Notes: generated by a model from the sequence alone, not told the origin. Positions 30,161-40,175 are shown, numbered from the stretch's first letter. The stretch is 59,451 nt of DNA from Porticoccaceae bacterium (GCA_038145405.1 JAYQPQ010000003.1:1-59451); one strand, 5' to 3'. A program made the numbers and translations.

Positions 30161-30484
30161 TTGATGAAGGACATGTCGTTTCTCATGCAGCAGGCCAAAA
30201 AGATGCAAGCGCGCATGGAGGCCATGCAGGAAGAAATCAAACAGCTGGAAGTGACCGGCGAATCCGGCGCGGGGCTGGTCAAGGTCACCATGAATGGCCG
30301 CCACGACGTGCGCCGCGTGGCCCTGGATCCCTCCTTGAAAAATGAGGATCTGGATATGGTCGAAGACCTGCTGACGGCAGCGATTAACGATGCCGTGCGC
30401 AAGGTCGAGGCCATCAGCAAGGAAAAAATGTCTCAGTTGACCGGGGGCATGCCCATGCCGCCGGGATTCGATCTGAAATTCTGA
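30161..30484 (+). CDS. ybaB: Nucleoid-associated protein YbaB/EbfC
   Basis: [18 protein letters not shown]...[14 protein letters not shown]; 107 aa; located between dnaX and recR. Confidence 0.93.
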   Translation: MMKDMSFLMQQAKKMQARMEAMQEEIKQLEVTGESGAGLVKVTMNGRHDVRRVALDPSLKNEDLDMVEDLLTAAINDAVRKVEAISKEKMSQLTGGMPMPPGFDLKF

Positions 30485-30485
30485 T

Positions 30486-31082
30486 ATGAGCCTAAGCCCC
30501 CTGCTCGAACAGCTGGTTTCGGCCTTGACCTGTTTGCCCGGGGTGGGGCGCAAGACCGCCCAGCGCATGGCGTTGCATTTGCTTAACCGCGACGCCCAAG
30601 GGGCATTGCACCTGGCGGACACCCTGAAAGAGGCAGTCGACCGGGTGGGCCACTGCCGCCAGTGCCGCAATCTGACTGAGCTGGAGGTCTGTAACCTGTG
30701 CAGCGATGTGCGCCGCCAGGACGATCTGCTGTGTGTGGTGGAATCTCCGCTCGATGTGCTGGCTATCGAGCAGTCCGGCCAGTATCGTGGACGCTACTTT
30801 GTGCTTTTCGGGCACTTGTCACCCATCGACGGTATCGGTCCGGATGAGCTCGCCATCGACAAACTCGAAGCACTGCTGCAGAAGGGACAGCTGCAAGAGG
30901 TCATTCTCGCCACCAACCTCACCGTTGAAGGCGAAGCAACGGCCCATTACATCGCTACGCGCGCGCACCGACTGGGCATCAGTGTCAGCCGCATTGCCCA
31001 CGGCGTGCCCACGGGGGGAGAGCTGGAGTTTGTCGACGGCCAGACTCTGGCCTATGCGATGCAAGGAAGAAAATCCTATTAA
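30486..31082 (+). CDS. recR: Recombination protein RecR
   Basis: [17 protein letters not shown] helix-hairpin-helix, the zinc finger [13 protein letters not shown], and a Toprim domain. Confidence 0.95.
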   Translation: MSLSPLLEQLVSALTCLPGVGRKTAQRMALHLLNRDAQGALHLADTLKEAVDRVGHCRQCRNLTELEVCNLCSDVRRQDDLLCVVESPLDVLAIEQSGQYRGRYFVLFGHLSPIDGIGPDELAIDKLEALLQKGQLQEVILATNLTVEGEATAHYIATRAHRLGISVSRIAHGVPTGGELEFVDGQTLAYAMQGRKSY

Positions 31083-31089
31083 CAGCGAA

Positions 31090-32175
31090 ATGCTCAGCAT
31101 GCCGGCTGAACTGGGGAGTCTGGCGCGATCCCTGGGGACGGCCACGCTTTGCCTCGATACCGAATTTGTCCGCCGCACCACCTACTACCCCATTCTGGCT
31201 CTGCTGCAGCTGGCCCGGGGGGAGGAAATCTGGCTGATCGACACACCTGCCGTGACCCAGTGGCAGGACCTGTTGGATGCATTCGATCAGGCGACCATGG
31301 TCATGCATTCGGCCAGCGAGGATCTGGAGGTTTTTCGCACTAATCTGAACTGGCATCCCGCCCGCCTGTTCGACACCCAGATTGCCGCTGCCTTCGTCGG
31401 CCTGGGCTCGGCCTTAAGCTATGCTGCCCTGGTCGAACAATTGCTGGGTGTGGTGTTGGGCAAGAGCGAAACCCAGTCCGATTGGCTGGCGCGACCTCTG
31501 AGTCCGGCGCAGATGGACTATGCCCGCGACGATGTGCGCTATCTCGATGCACTCTATCGCGAACTCTCCGATCGGTTGGCGTCGCAGGGTAAAACGGCCT
31601 GGATGCAAGCCTATATGGAGCAGCAATTGCGCTCCGCCGCCGAGGTGCTGAATCCGGATCTGGCCTATCTCAAAATCAAGGGAGCTGTGGGGTTGTCGCA
31701 ACGCCAGCTGTCGCTGGTGGCAGAATTGGCCGCCTGGCGCGAGCGCCGGGCACGCGAACTCGACAAGCCGCGCAATTGGCTGGTGCGCGATGGTGAAATT
31801 CTCAAGATTGCGCGCCACCGCCCGACCGGGCGTAGCGAACTGGATCGCGTGGTTGGCATGGCGCCCGAGAGTATCCGGCGCTACAGCGGCGAAATTCTGG
31901 CGCTGGTTGCGGCACATCAGCCGGCGGGTACAATTCCTCAGCCGCCGGCCGCACTGGCTGGACAGGACAAGGATATGGTGAAACAACTGCAGGATAGAGT
32001 GGAACAGCTAGCAACGCAGCATCGTATGGCGTCGCGTCTGATTGCCAACCGCAGCGAACTGGAGCAGTTGGTGCGCCACCGCCGCCAGCAGGGTGAGGCA
32101 CCTGCACTTCTGACCGATTGGCGCGCACCCACATTCGGCAAACCCCTGTCGGAGATGATCGATGCCGCAAGCTAG
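31090..32175 (+). CDS. rnd: Ribonuclease D
   Basis: A DEDD 3'-5' exonuclease core is present (LCLDTEFVRRTTYYPILALLQL, HSASEDLEVF, YARDDVRYL), followed by an HRDC region. The track ORF extends upstream through recR but is not coding there. Confidence 0.9.
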   Translation: MLSMPAELGSLARSLGTATLCLDTEFVRRTTYYPILALLQLARGEEIWLIDTPAVTQWQDLLDAFDQATMVMHSASEDLEVFRTNLNWHPARLFDTQIAAAFVGLGSALSYAALVEQLLGVVLGKSETQSDWLARPLSPAQMDYARDDVRYLDALYRELSDRLASQGKTAWMQAYMEQQLRSAAEVLNPDLAYLKIKGAVGLSQRQLSLVAELAAWRERRARELDKPRNWLVRDGEILKIARHRPTGRSELDRVVGMAPESIRRYSGEILALVAAHQPAGTIPQPPAALAGQDKDMVKQLQDRVEQLATQHRMASRLIANRSELEQLVRHRRQQGEAPALLTDWRAPTFGKPLSEMIDAAS

Positions 32176-32458
32176 TATTCAGTGCAGCGCCTGGCGCAGT
32201 AGGGCTATGCCAGATACTTATTTGCTGGTAGATCAGGCAGAAGGACTGGCACGGGTGCCACATGCCCTGCTGCAGCGCTTTACCCAAGCTGAACTGGTGA
32301 CCAGTTTTAGCCTTCACAGCGAGCGCTCGCTGGCCCGCGCCGATGCCGCCGCTGTCATGCAGCAAATTCGCGAACAGGGCTATTACCTGCAGATGCCGCC
32401 GGCGCGAGACCGGGACATGGGCGCGGTGGCGGCCCGTAACGACAAACTGACGCGCTGA
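32162..32458 (+). CDS. ycgL: YcgL-domain protein
   Basis: C.AWRS....TYLLV..AEGLARVP..LLQRF and QGYYLQMPP parallel E. coli YcgL. It overlaps the rnd end. Confidence 0.8.
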   Translation: MPQASIQCSAWRSRAMPDTYLLVDQAEGLARVPHALLQRFTQAELVTSFSLHSERSLARADAAAVMQQIREQGYYLQMPPARDRDMGAVAARNDKLTR

Positions 32459-32467
32459 GTCACTGCC

Positions 32468-32815
32468 ATGTCGCCCCTCTTGTACACCACACTCTGGATC
32501 CTTTATCTGCTGGGCGTGGTTGGCTTCTTGCTGGGCGCCTGGCGCATCAGTCGGCGTTGGCCCTTTGTTTTGCAGCGCTTCGGCCGGCTGGCGCTGCTCG
32601 TGCTGTTGCTGACTCCCGCTCCCCAATCGGCCGGGCGGGAAGGTCTGGCGCCTGCCTTTATCGCCATGCTCTTTGATCAGTTGCAGGATTATGAAGGCGG
32701 CTGGTTCCGCGCTGGCATTTACCTGGTGATATCCGGCTGTCTCGGCTTGCTGATTTTCCTGGGTAGCCTGGCCTGGCACTACGGGTTCAAAGTGCGCCAG
32801 GTGAACAGAGATTAA
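32468..32815 (+). CDS. Small hypothetical inner-membrane protein (3-4 TM segments)
   Basis: Hydrophobic segments LWILYLLGVVGFLLGAW, LALLVLLLTP and IYLVISGCLGLLIFLGSLAW. Third-position GC looks coding-like. It is followed by a terminator. Confidence 0.6.
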   Translation: MSPLLYTTLWILYLLGVVGFLLGAWRISRRWPFVLQRFGRLALLVLLLTPAPQSAGREGLAPAFIAMLFDQLQDYEGGWFRAGIYLVISGCLGLLIFLGSLAWHYGFKVRQVNRD

Positions 32816-32820
32816 ATTGG

Positions 32821-32837
32821 AAGCCCCGGGGTTTTTT
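32821..32837 (+). terminator. Short intrinsic terminator ending the rnd-ycgL-membrane protein unit
   Basis: AAGCC-CCGG-GGTTT hairpin followed by a T-run at 32832-32837. Confidence 0.5.
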
Positions 32838-32875
32838 GATACAAGGGGTTCACAAACAAATAGCGAGGGGATAGG

Positions 32876-34558
32876 GTGGACGCGCATCGGACGGTCGCCG
32901 AGGCATTGCGCCTGGCCAGAGAACGGTACCAGATACCACAGGAGTTGCCGGATTCGCCGATCCGCACCTTCCCTGACCTGTTTCGTTATGCGCTCAAAAC
33001 ATACGGTTCGGCCCCGGCCTATACCTGCCTGGGACATCAGATCAGTTTCCAGGAGCTGGATCGGCTTGGTGATCAATTTGCTCGCTGGCTTATCGCTCTC
33101 GACGGACTGCAGCCTGGCGACCGCGTTGCCTTGCACCTGCCCAATCTGCTGCAGTACCCGGTCGCCGCCATGGGTGTGCTCAAGGCCGGCATGGTGCTGG
33201 TGAATACCAACCCGCTCTATACTGCCCCCGAGCTGGTACATCAGTTCAGCGATGCCGGCGTCAAGCTGGTGGTCACCCTGAAAAATATCGCTGCCGAGCT
33301 GGCTTCGATAATCGATCAGACCGATGTCTGTATGGTGGTAACCACCGAGGTGGGCGATCTTCACCCTCAACCCAAGCGCTTTTTGATTAACGCCGTGGTT
33401 CGGTACATACGGCGCGAAGTACCGCGTCTACAGTTTGCGCGCGCTATCTCATTCCGCGAGGTGCTCAAACGGGGCCGGCAAAGTTCGGCCGGCAAGCTGC
33501 CACAGGCGCAGCCGGAAGATATTGCGCTGCTGCAATACACCGGAGGTACCACGGGGGGTGCCAAGGGCTGCATGTTGACCCATGCGAGTCTGGTGAATTC
33601 CATGCTGCAGTGCGGCTGGATTTATCAGCGCGCGGACTGCCAGCCCGGCTATACCACCCTGGTGGTGCCCCTGCCGCTCTACCATATCTATGCCTTTGAT
33701 GTCGGCTTCTGCCACGGCCTGCTGAATGGTCATCACACCCTGCTGATTCCCAACCCGCGCGATATCAGGGCTTTCGTGCGCGCGCTGCGCAAAACGCCCT
33801 TCGATGGCTTTATCGGGCTGAATACCCTGTTCAACGCCCTGATGAACAACGCTGATTTTGCCGCTCTGGATTTCGACCGTCTGCGGCTGGCGGTGTCTGG
33901 CGGCATGGCGCTGTCGCGCTCAGTGGCCGAGCGCTGGGAAGCGATGACCGGTTCGCAGATCTGCGAGGGCTACGGGCTGACTGAATCGTCCGGCATTCTC
34001 AGTGTCAATGTGCCGGGCGATGCCAAGCTGGGCACGGTCGGCGTCGGTTTTGCTGGCTGTGAATTCATGATTCTGGGCGAGCACGATCGCGAGGTCGGCA
34101 TCGAGCAACCCGGCGAAATCTGCTTCAAGGGTGCCCAGATGATGAAGGGCTACTGGAATAATGCCGAGGAGACCCAGCGCCTGATGGTCGGCGATGGTTG
34201 GATGCGCACCGGCGATATCGCGGTGATGGGCGAAGACGGCCGCCTGCGCATTGTCGACCGCGCCAAGGACATGATTGTGGTGTCCGGCTTCAAGGTCTTT
34301 CCCAACGAGGTCGAAGACGTACTGATGCATCACCCGGATATTTCCGAATGCGCTGTGGTGGCCGGGCAGGGCGAGGCCGGCGAATATGTGCGCGCCTTTG
34401 TGGTACGTCGGCGTGCGGGCTTGACCGAGGAGGAAGTGCGCGAGTACTGCCGGCACCAGCTGACTGCCTACAAGGTGCCCAAGACCGTGGAATTTCGCGA
34501 TTCCCTGCCGAAATCCAACGTCGGAAAAATCCTTCGCAAAGAGCTGCGCGACAGCTGA
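32876..34558 (+). CDS. fadD: Long-chain-fatty-acid--CoA ligase
   Basis: GTG start. It has the AMP-binding motif LQYTGGTTGGAKGCMLTH, plus YGLTE, GWMRTGD and the terminal PKSNVGKILRKELR. Confidence 0.9.
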   Translation: MDAHRTVAEALRLARERYQIPQELPDSPIRTFPDLFRYALKTYGSAPAYTCLGHQISFQELDRLGDQFARWLIALDGLQPGDRVALHLPNLLQYPVAAMGVLKAGMVLVNTNPLYTAPELVHQFSDAGVKLVVTLKNIAAELASIIDQTDVCMVVTTEVGDLHPQPKRFLINAVVRYIRREVPRLQFARAISFREVLKRGRQSSAGKLPQAQPEDIALLQYTGGTTGGAKGCMLTHASLVNSMLQCGWIYQRADCQPGYTTLVVPLPLYHIYAFDVGFCHGLLNGHHTLLIPNPRDIRAFVRALRKTPFDGFIGLNTLFNALMNNADFAALDFDRLRLAVSGGMALSRSVAERWEAMTGSQICEGYGLTESSGILSVNVPGDAKLGTVGVGFAGCEFMILGEHDREVGIEQPGEICFKGAQMMKGYWNNAEETQRLMVGDGWMRTGDIAVMGEDGRLRIVDRAKDMIVVSGFKVFPNEVEDVLMHHPDISECAVVAGQGEAGEYVRAFVVRRRAGLTEEEVREYCRHQLTAYKVPKTVEFRDSLPKSNVGKILRKELRDS

Positions 34559-34674
34559 TTACCCAGTATTACAGTGTGGCAAATAGCCGTTGTGAGGCTA
34601 GATCGGCGCCGCTACAATCGGCGGTCACTTTAACCGGGCTGATTGGACTTTCGACAGCCGCTCCTGGAACAGTG

Positions 34675-35379
34675 ATGCCAAAAGTATGTCTCCTGGCGGT
34701 GCTGATACTGGCCAGCACCTCCGCTCCTCTCCTCGCACAAGAGCCCGAAGATCCCCTGGAAGGGATCAACCGCCTGACCTTTGCCTTCAACGACAAGGCC
34801 GACCGCTGGCTGCTGCGCCCCCTGGCGCAGGGCTATCGCGCCCTGATGCCGGATGCCGGCGAGCGCGCAGTAGGGCGCTTTTTTGCCAATCTCGGCGAAG
34901 TGCGCAATGCCACCAATCATCTGCTGCAGGGCAAGGGACGGTCGGCGGCCAACAGCGGCGGGCGCTTCCTGGTCAATTCCACCCTCGGGCTGGTTGGTTT
35001 TCTCGATGTCGCCGACGATCTGGGGCTGGTTCAGGAAGACAGCGAGGACATCGGCCAGACACTGGGCGTTTGGGGTGTGGGATCGGGTCCCTATCTGGTG
35101 CTGCCCTTTCTCGGCCCCTCCAATGTGCGCGATGCGCCCAGCCGTTGGCTGGACCGCTATCTGGAGCCGCAGACCTATCTGGAAGATCAGGTGTCACAGA
35201 ATATTGCCAAAGGCATGGAGCTGATCGACCTGCGCGCCGCGCTGCTCGACGCCGATCAGATCGGTTCGGCGGATGCCTACAGCTTTATGCGCGATATCTG
35301 GCTGCAGCGACGCGAGTATCTGGTTCATGATGGCGCCGTCGAGGACGACTTCGGCAGCGGAGATTTTCTCGATGACTGA
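34675..35379 (+). CDS. mlaA: MlaA/VacJ-family outer-membrane lipid-asymmetry protein
   Basis: DPLEGINRLTFAFNDKADRWLLRPLAQGYRALMP and GPYLVLPFLGPSNVRD are hallmark VacJ blocks. The signal peptide has no obvious lipobox Cys at the cleavage site. Confidence 0.83.
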   Translation: MPKVCLLAVLILASTSAPLLAQEPEDPLEGINRLTFAFNDKADRWLLRPLAQGYRALMPDAGERAVGRFFANLGEVRNATNHLLQGKGRSAANSGGRFLVNSTLGLVGFLDVADDLGLVQEDSEDIGQTLGVWGVGSGPYLVLPFLGPSNVRDAPSRWLDRYLEPQTYLEDQVSQNIAKGMELIDLRAALLDADQIGSADAYSFMRDIWLQRREYLVHDGAVEDDFGSGDFLDD

Positions 35380-36559
35380 TTTCCGCATCCTTATCCTCTT
35401 GCGCGACAGCCTTATTCGCGACCTGGCCGTGGCCATACTGCGCCAGTACGACTACGAGGTGGTCGCCGCGGAGAGCGTCGAGCACCTGGACAAGGACAAT
35501 CTGGTAACCAGCCCGGATATAGTGCTCTGTGCCCTGGGGCAGATGGAGTCCATTCGCAGCAAGCTGGCGCAGATGTTTCCGCGCAAACAGTTCATCCAGT
35601 TTGTGCAACTGTTTCGCGAACAGCCGGTCGACAAGGTCATCGATGCCTTTCATCAGGATAACAGCGACTGCCTGCAGTTGCCCTTCAGCGATAAGACCCT
35701 GCTGCTCTCCATCGAGCGCGCGGGCGAGCGGCGCAATCTCATTGCCCGCAACATGCGTTCGCGCAAGCGCATGGAGAAGGCCCGCGGTGAACTGGAGCGC
35801 AACCTGGGTATTCTGCAAGCCGATGCCCAGGCTGGGCGCCAGATGCAGCAGTCGCTACTGCCGCATTCGCCGGTCGTTTCGCCGCCCTATTATGTGGCTC
35901 AGCAGATCTGTCCTTCGCTCTATCTCAGCGGCGATTTCGTCAACTACCTGACGGCGCTGGACAACTTTCTGCTGTTTTACCTGCTGGACGTATCCGGGCA
36001 CGGCGCCTCTTCGGCCTTCGTCACCGTGATGGTGCGCCAGCTGATGCGCCGGATCGTGCGTCGCCACGTCATGGAAAAGGACGTCAAGGCCTTGGATAAG
36101 GCGCCGGCCGGTTTCCTCGAGCGCATCAATCAGGTGATGAACGACAACGAGCTCGACAAGCATCTGACCATGTTCGCCGGTGCGCTCAACAAGAAGAAAA
36201 ACACCCTGCGTTACGCCATCGGTGCCCAGCTGCCCATGCCCATCCTGATCACCGAGGGCAAGGCCAGCTTTCTCGAGGGCAAGGGGCGTTCGGTAGGGCT
36301 GTTTCCCAAGGGTGAGTGGGAGGTGTACGACCTGCAGCTGCCGGAGAAATTTATTCTGCTGGCCTTTTCTGATGGCGTGCTGGAAAAGCTGCCTATGCAA
36401 AGCCTGAAGGAAAAAGAGGCCTATATGCTCAAGCGCCTGGCCCATTGCTCCGCCGATATCGACAAGGTCTTGCCGCGCCTGGGCATCGATGAAACCCACA
36501 ATCTGCCGGATGACATTGCCGTGTTCATGCTGGCGCGAGGCTACCATGAATCCCTCTAA
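35372..36559 (+). CDS. Receiver-like domain fused to a PP2C/SpoIIE phosphatase (RsbU / Pseudomonas RssB-like)
   Basis: The N-terminal 120 aa have a CheY-like alternation of secondary structure. The C-terminal part has SGDFVNY and YLLDVSGHGASSAFVTVM SpoIIE motifs. The start overlaps the mlaA stop. Confidence 0.8.
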   Translation: MTDFRILILLRDSLIRDLAVAILRQYDYEVVAAESVEHLDKDNLVTSPDIVLCALGQMESIRSKLAQMFPRKQFIQFVQLFREQPVDKVIDAFHQDNSDCLQLPFSDKTLLLSIERAGERRNLIARNMRSRKRMEKARGELERNLGILQADAQAGRQMQQSLLPHSPVVSPPYYVAQQICPSLYLSGDFVNYLTALDNFLLFYLLDVSGHGASSAFVTVMVRQLMRRIVRRHVMEKDVKALDKAPAGFLERINQVMNDNELDKHLTMFAGALNKKKNTLRYAIGAQLPMPILITEGKASFLEGKGRSVGLFPKGEWEVYDLQLPEKFILLAFSDGVLEKLPMQSLKEKEAYMLKRLAHCSADIDKVLPRLGIDETHNLPDDIAVFMLARGYHESL

Positions 36560-37046
36560 CCGCATTTACTATGCGCACAAGGACGGCAACTATTACCTGC
36601 GCTTTGTCGGCGATGTGCGGGTGACTTTCTGTGCCACGCTCAACACCTATATCGAGCTGCTGTTCAAAGCCGAAGAAATCAACTCGGTGGCAGTCGACCT
36701 GCGTACGGCGGCGGCAGTGGATAGCACCACCCTCGGCCTGCTGGCCAAACTGGCACTCTACGTGAATCGCGAAGCCCGCATTCGTCCGCTACTCATTGTG
36801 ACTGACGAGTCCATGATTCGCCTGTTACAAAGCATGGGGCTGGATGAGATATTCAGCCTAGCGCAGGATTTTCCGGATCAGCTCCAGTCGCTCGACGAAC
36901 TGCACCTCACCCACGCCGACACCGAAACCGCCCGCACTCGGGTGATCGAGGCGCACCGCACCCTGATGAAGCTAAACAATCGCAATATGGAAGTTTTTGC
37001 CTATCTGGTACTGCGCCTGGAAGGCGAAGCCTCCACCGGCAAGTAG
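36546..37046 (+). CDS. STAS-domain anti-sigma-factor antagonist (RsbV / RssC-like)
   Basis: VAVDLRTAAAVDSTTLGLLAKL resembles the phosphorylatable-Ser region of SpoIIAA/RsbV. It overlaps the end of the upstream phosphatase gene by 14 nt. Confidence 0.72.
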   Translation: MNPSNRIYYAHKDGNYYLRFVGDVRVTFCATLNTYIELLFKAEEINSVAVDLRTAAAVDSTTLGLLAKLALYVNREARIRPLLIVTDESMIRLLQSMGLDEIFSLAQDFPDQLQSLDELHLTHADTETARTRVIEAHRTLMKLNNRNMEVFAYLVLRLEGEASTGK

Positions 37047-37057
37047 GGTCGTCGCAA

Positions 37058-38125
37058 TCAGGCCGGCAGACGCGCGCCGCTTACCGGTTCCCCTGACATC
37101 TCAATCAAGCCCTCCAGGGCGGCATCCAGCACCTCCAGCCCGGCCCCCAGTCGATGCGCTCGCTCACTGATAATGCGACGATAACGGCGCGCTCCGCGTT
37201 CCCCTTGGAATAAGCCCAGCAGATGACGGGTAATTGCGTTCAGCCGGGTTCCGGCGTGTAATTCTGCCTCGATATAGGGGTAGTAGGCGCGCATCAGCTC
37301 GGCGCGCGACTGCACGGGCGCAGCCTGGCCGAACAGCAGGGGATCGACCTGACTCAGTTGCCAGGGGTTCTGGTAGGCCGCGCGGCCCATCATCACGCCG
37401 TCGACCTGTGCCAGATGCTGCTGGGTCTGTTCCAGGGTGTCGATGCCGCCGTTAATAATCAGCGGTAGATTGGGGAAGTCCTGCTTGATGCGGTAGACCC
37501 GGGCATAGTCCAGTGGCGGAATGGAGCGGTTCTGGGCCGGACTCAAACCGGTCAGCAAGGCCTTGCGGGCGTGCAGTATCAGGGCGTCGACACCGGCCTC
37601 GACCAGGGTGCTCACCAGATCGACCAGATGCTCGTAGCTATCCAGTTCGTCCACGCCGATACGCGTTTTGACCGTCACCGGAATGTCGACCGCATCTTTC
37701 ATGGCCTTGACCAGATCGGCAATCAAATCCGGCTTGCGCATCAGGCAGGCGCCAAAAGCGCCTTCCTGTACCCGATCGCTCGGGCAGCCGCAGTTGAGAT
37801 TGATTTCGTCGTAGCCCCAGGCCTGCCCGAGCACCGCACACTTCACCACATCGGCGCGCTGGCTGCCGCCCAGCTGCAGGGCCAGCGGCTGCTCGCGTGC
37901 ATCGAAGCGCAGGTGGCGCGACCTGTCGCCATGCAGGATGGCGCCGGTCGTCACCATCTCTGTGTAGAGACGGGTATGCCGGCTCATCAGACGGTAGCAC
38001 AGGCGGGCATGCCGGGCCGTCCAATCCATCATGGGGGCGACAGAAAAACGATGCTTTTCCAGAAGGCAGGCTCCAAGTTTCGTATAATGCGACGCTATTT
38101 TACCCCGAGACGTTGACTGGCCCAT
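37058..38125 (-). CDS. dusA: tRNA-dihydrouridine synthase A
   Basis: [49 protein letters not shown], and VTVKTRIG. The start is uncertain. The only in-frame ATG/GTG/TTG codons upstream of the conserved block are at 38125, 38140 and 38176. Confidence 0.85.
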   Translation of the reverse strand: MGQSTSRGKIASHYTKLGACLLEKHRFSVAPMMDWTARHARLCYRLMSRHTRLYTEMVTTGAILHGDRSRHLRFDAREQPLALQLGGSQRADVVKCAVLGQAWGYDEINLNCGCPSDRVQEGAFGACLMRKPDLIADLVKAMKDAVDIPVTVKTRIGVDELDSYEHLVDLVSTLVEAGVDALILHARKALLTGLSPAQNRSIPPLDYARVYRIKQDFPNLPLIINGGIDTLEQTQQHLAQVDGVMMGRAAYQNPWQLSQVDPLLFGQAAPVQSRAELMRAYYPYIEAELHAGTRLNAITRHLLGLFQGERGARRYRRIISERAHRLGAGLEVLDAALEGLIEMSGEPVSGARLPA

Positions 38126-39611
38126 GGTTCGTGTTCGCATTGCCCCCTCGCCGACGGGCGACCCCCACGTTGGCACCGCCTACATCGCGCTCTTTAACTT
38201 TTGCTTTGCCCGCCAGCGCAGCGGCAAACTGGTGTTGCGCATTGAGGATACCGATCAGGTGCGCAGCACAGCCCAATCCGAGGTCGCCATTCTGGAAAGC
38301 TTGCGCTGGCTCGGTCTGGAATGGGACGAGGGCCCGGATGTCGGTGGCCCCTTCGGCCCCTACCGCCAGAGTGAGCGCACTGCTATTTACGCTCAGTATG
38401 CCGAGCAACTGATTGCTTCGGGTAAAGCCTTTTATTGCTATCGATCGCCAGACGAACTAGAGCAGCTGCGCAATGCGCGCCGCGAGCAGGGTATTCAGCG
38501 CGCGCTCAAACAGTCGGATCTGCAGCTGGACGATGCAGAAATTGCCCGCCGTCAGACGGCGGGTGTGCAACCAGTGGTGCGCATGGTGGTGCCGGAAGAG
38601 GGCACCTGTACCATCCGCGACGGCTTGCGCGGCGATATCGAACTCGACTGGGCCACTGTCGATGCCCAGGTGCTGCTCAAGGTCGATGGCCTGCCGACCT
38701 ATCACCTCGCCAACGTGGTGGATGATCACCTGATGGAGATCAGCCATGTGATCCGCGGCGAGGAATGGATCAACTCGGCGCCCAAGCACCAGCTGCTTTA
38801 CGCCTACTTTGGCTGGGACATGCCGCAGCTGTATCACATGCCGCTGCTGCGCAACCCCGACAAAAGCAAGCTGAGCAAGCGCAAGAATCCGACCAGCATC
38901 TTCTATTACCGCGATATGGGCTTTTTGCCCGAAGCGCTGCTCAACTACCTGGGACGCATGGGTTGGGCCATGCCCGACGAGCGCGAGAAGTTCAGCCTGG
39001 CGGATATGATTGCGGCTTTTGATATTCGCAGCGTGTCCTTGGGCGGCCCGGTTTTTGATATGGAAAAGCTGCGCTGGCTCAACGGCCTGTGGATAAGGGA
39101 AAATCTGACCGATGCCGAGTTCGTGCAGCGCTATCAGCATTGGGCGCTTGCGCCGGAGCGGGTAACGGCCATTGCCGCGTTGCTGCGCGAGCGCGTGGAA
39201 ACCCTGTCTGATCTGGCGCCACTGGCCTCGGTGTTTTTCTACGGTCAGCCGCATCTGGATGAAGACGTATTCAACAATCTCAATCTGGACCGCGAGACCC
39301 AGCTCAAGGTCCTGCAGTTCACCTCCTGGCGCCTGGATAGTCAGCAGGGCTGGCAGCGCGATGCCCTCTACGCCGTGCTGAATGCCCTGGCGGAATCCAT
39401 GTCGATCAAGCTGCGGGCCTTTCTGCAGCCGCTCTTTGTTGCCCTCAGCGGCAGCACCGTTTGCCCGCCGCTTTTCGATACCATGGCTATACTGGGTCCC
39501 GACCTGACGCGCGCCCGTATTCGCGCGGCTCTCGAGTTTCTCGGCGGCGTATCGAAAAAATCGCTCAAGCAGCTCGAGAAGGAGTTCCAGGCCTTGGGGT
39601 CGGCGGACTAG
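38124..39611 (+). CDS. gltX: Glutamyl-tRNA synthetase
   Basis: [20 protein letters not shown] (HIGH-type motif) and KLSKRK (KMSKS). An in-frame stop at 38085-38087 leaves ATG 38124 as the only usable start. Confidence 0.95.
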   Translation: MVRVRIAPSPTGDPHVGTAYIALFNFCFARQRSGKLVLRIEDTDQVRSTAQSEVAILESLRWLGLEWDEGPDVGGPFGPYRQSERTAIYAQYAEQLIASGKAFYCYRSPDELEQLRNARREQGIQRALKQSDLQLDDAEIARRQTAGVQPVVRMVVPEEGTCTIRDGLRGDIELDWATVDAQVLLKVDGLPTYHLANVVDDHLMEISHVIRGEEWINSAPKHQLLYAYFGWDMPQLYHMPLLRNPDKSKLSKRKNPTSIFYYRDMGFLPEALLNYLGRMGWAMPDEREKFSLADMIAAFDIRSVSLGGPVFDMEKLRWLNGLWIRENLTDAEFVQRYQHWALAPERVTAIAALLRERVETLSDLAPLASVFFYGQPHLDEDVFNNLNLDRETQLKVLQFTSWRLDSQQGWQRDALYAVLNALAESMSIKLRAFLQPLFVALSGSTVCPPLFDTMAILGPDLTRARIRAALEFLGGVSKKSLKQLEKEFQALGSAD

Positions 39612-39613
39612 CT

Positions 39614-40150
39614 ATGCAACCTGGTGATGCCCGGATTCTGGTTGGCAACCGTGAATGGTGTGCCTTGCCGGAACTGGGTATTCCCGCCATCAAGGCGCGC
39701 GTCGATTCCGGAGCCAAGACCTCGAGCCTGCATGCCTTTAACCTCGAGACTTTCGAACGCGATGGCCAAACCTGGGTGCGCTTTGAAGTGCATCCGGTGC
39801 AGAAGAGTCAGCGCATCAGCATCTGGGTGGAGGCGCCGGTGATCGACCGGCGTCGTGTGCGCAGTTCGCACCGCGATATCGAGCAGCGCTGCGTGATTCG
39901 TTCGCTGCTCAGGCTGGGCGGCGCGGAGTGGCCGGTCGAAATCACACTGACCAACAGGGACAGTATGGGCTATCGCATGCTGCTGGGACGGCAGGCCATG
40001 CGCACGCGACTGATGATTGATCCCGACGCCGCCTACCTGACTGGAAAGACCGATGCCCAGGCCATGGCCAAGCTCTATGATCAGCCGGCGCCAAAGCCCC
40101 GCAAGCGGCGGACCGCGAGCGTTTTGCCGCCTGACGCGCAGCGCGGTTGA
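39614..40150 (+). CDS. Retropepsin-like 'ATP-dependent zinc protease' family protein (usually a RimK neighbour)
   Basis: VGNREWCALPELGIPAIKARVDSGAKTSSLHA...FEVHP....I and TLTNRDSMGYRMLLGRQAM are the conserved blocks of this family. It starts 3 nt after the gltX stop. Confidence 0.72.
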   Translation: MQPGDARILVGNREWCALPELGIPAIKARVDSGAKTSSLHAFNLETFERDGQTWVRFEVHPVQKSQRISIWVEAPVIDRRRVRSSHRDIEQRCVIRSLLRLGGAEWPVEITLTNRDSMGYRMLLGRQAMRTRLMIDPDAAYLTGKTDAQAMAKLYDQPAPKPRKRRTASVLPPDAQRG

Positions 40151-40175
40151 CACTCCGGATAACCGGTTCTAGAAT
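40147..40175 (+). promoter_or_regulatory. Near-consensus sigma70 promoter for tRNA-Ala (TTGACA-17 nt-TAGAAT) with a GC-rich discriminator
   Basis: TTGACA at 40147-40152 overlaps the upstream TGA stop. The spacer is 17 nt and TAGAAT is at 40170-40175, followed by CCGCGCTCCC. Confidence 0.65.

Noticed and set aside
31802-33370. A 522-aa minus-strand ORF spanning the rnd 3' end, ycgL, the small membrane protein gene and the fadD 5' end.
   Set aside because: It is antisense to four well-supported genes and two intergenic gaps. Its translation is low-complexity Arg/Gly/Pro/Ala-rich with no recognisable motif. Long stop-free antisense frames are expected in GC-rich DNA.
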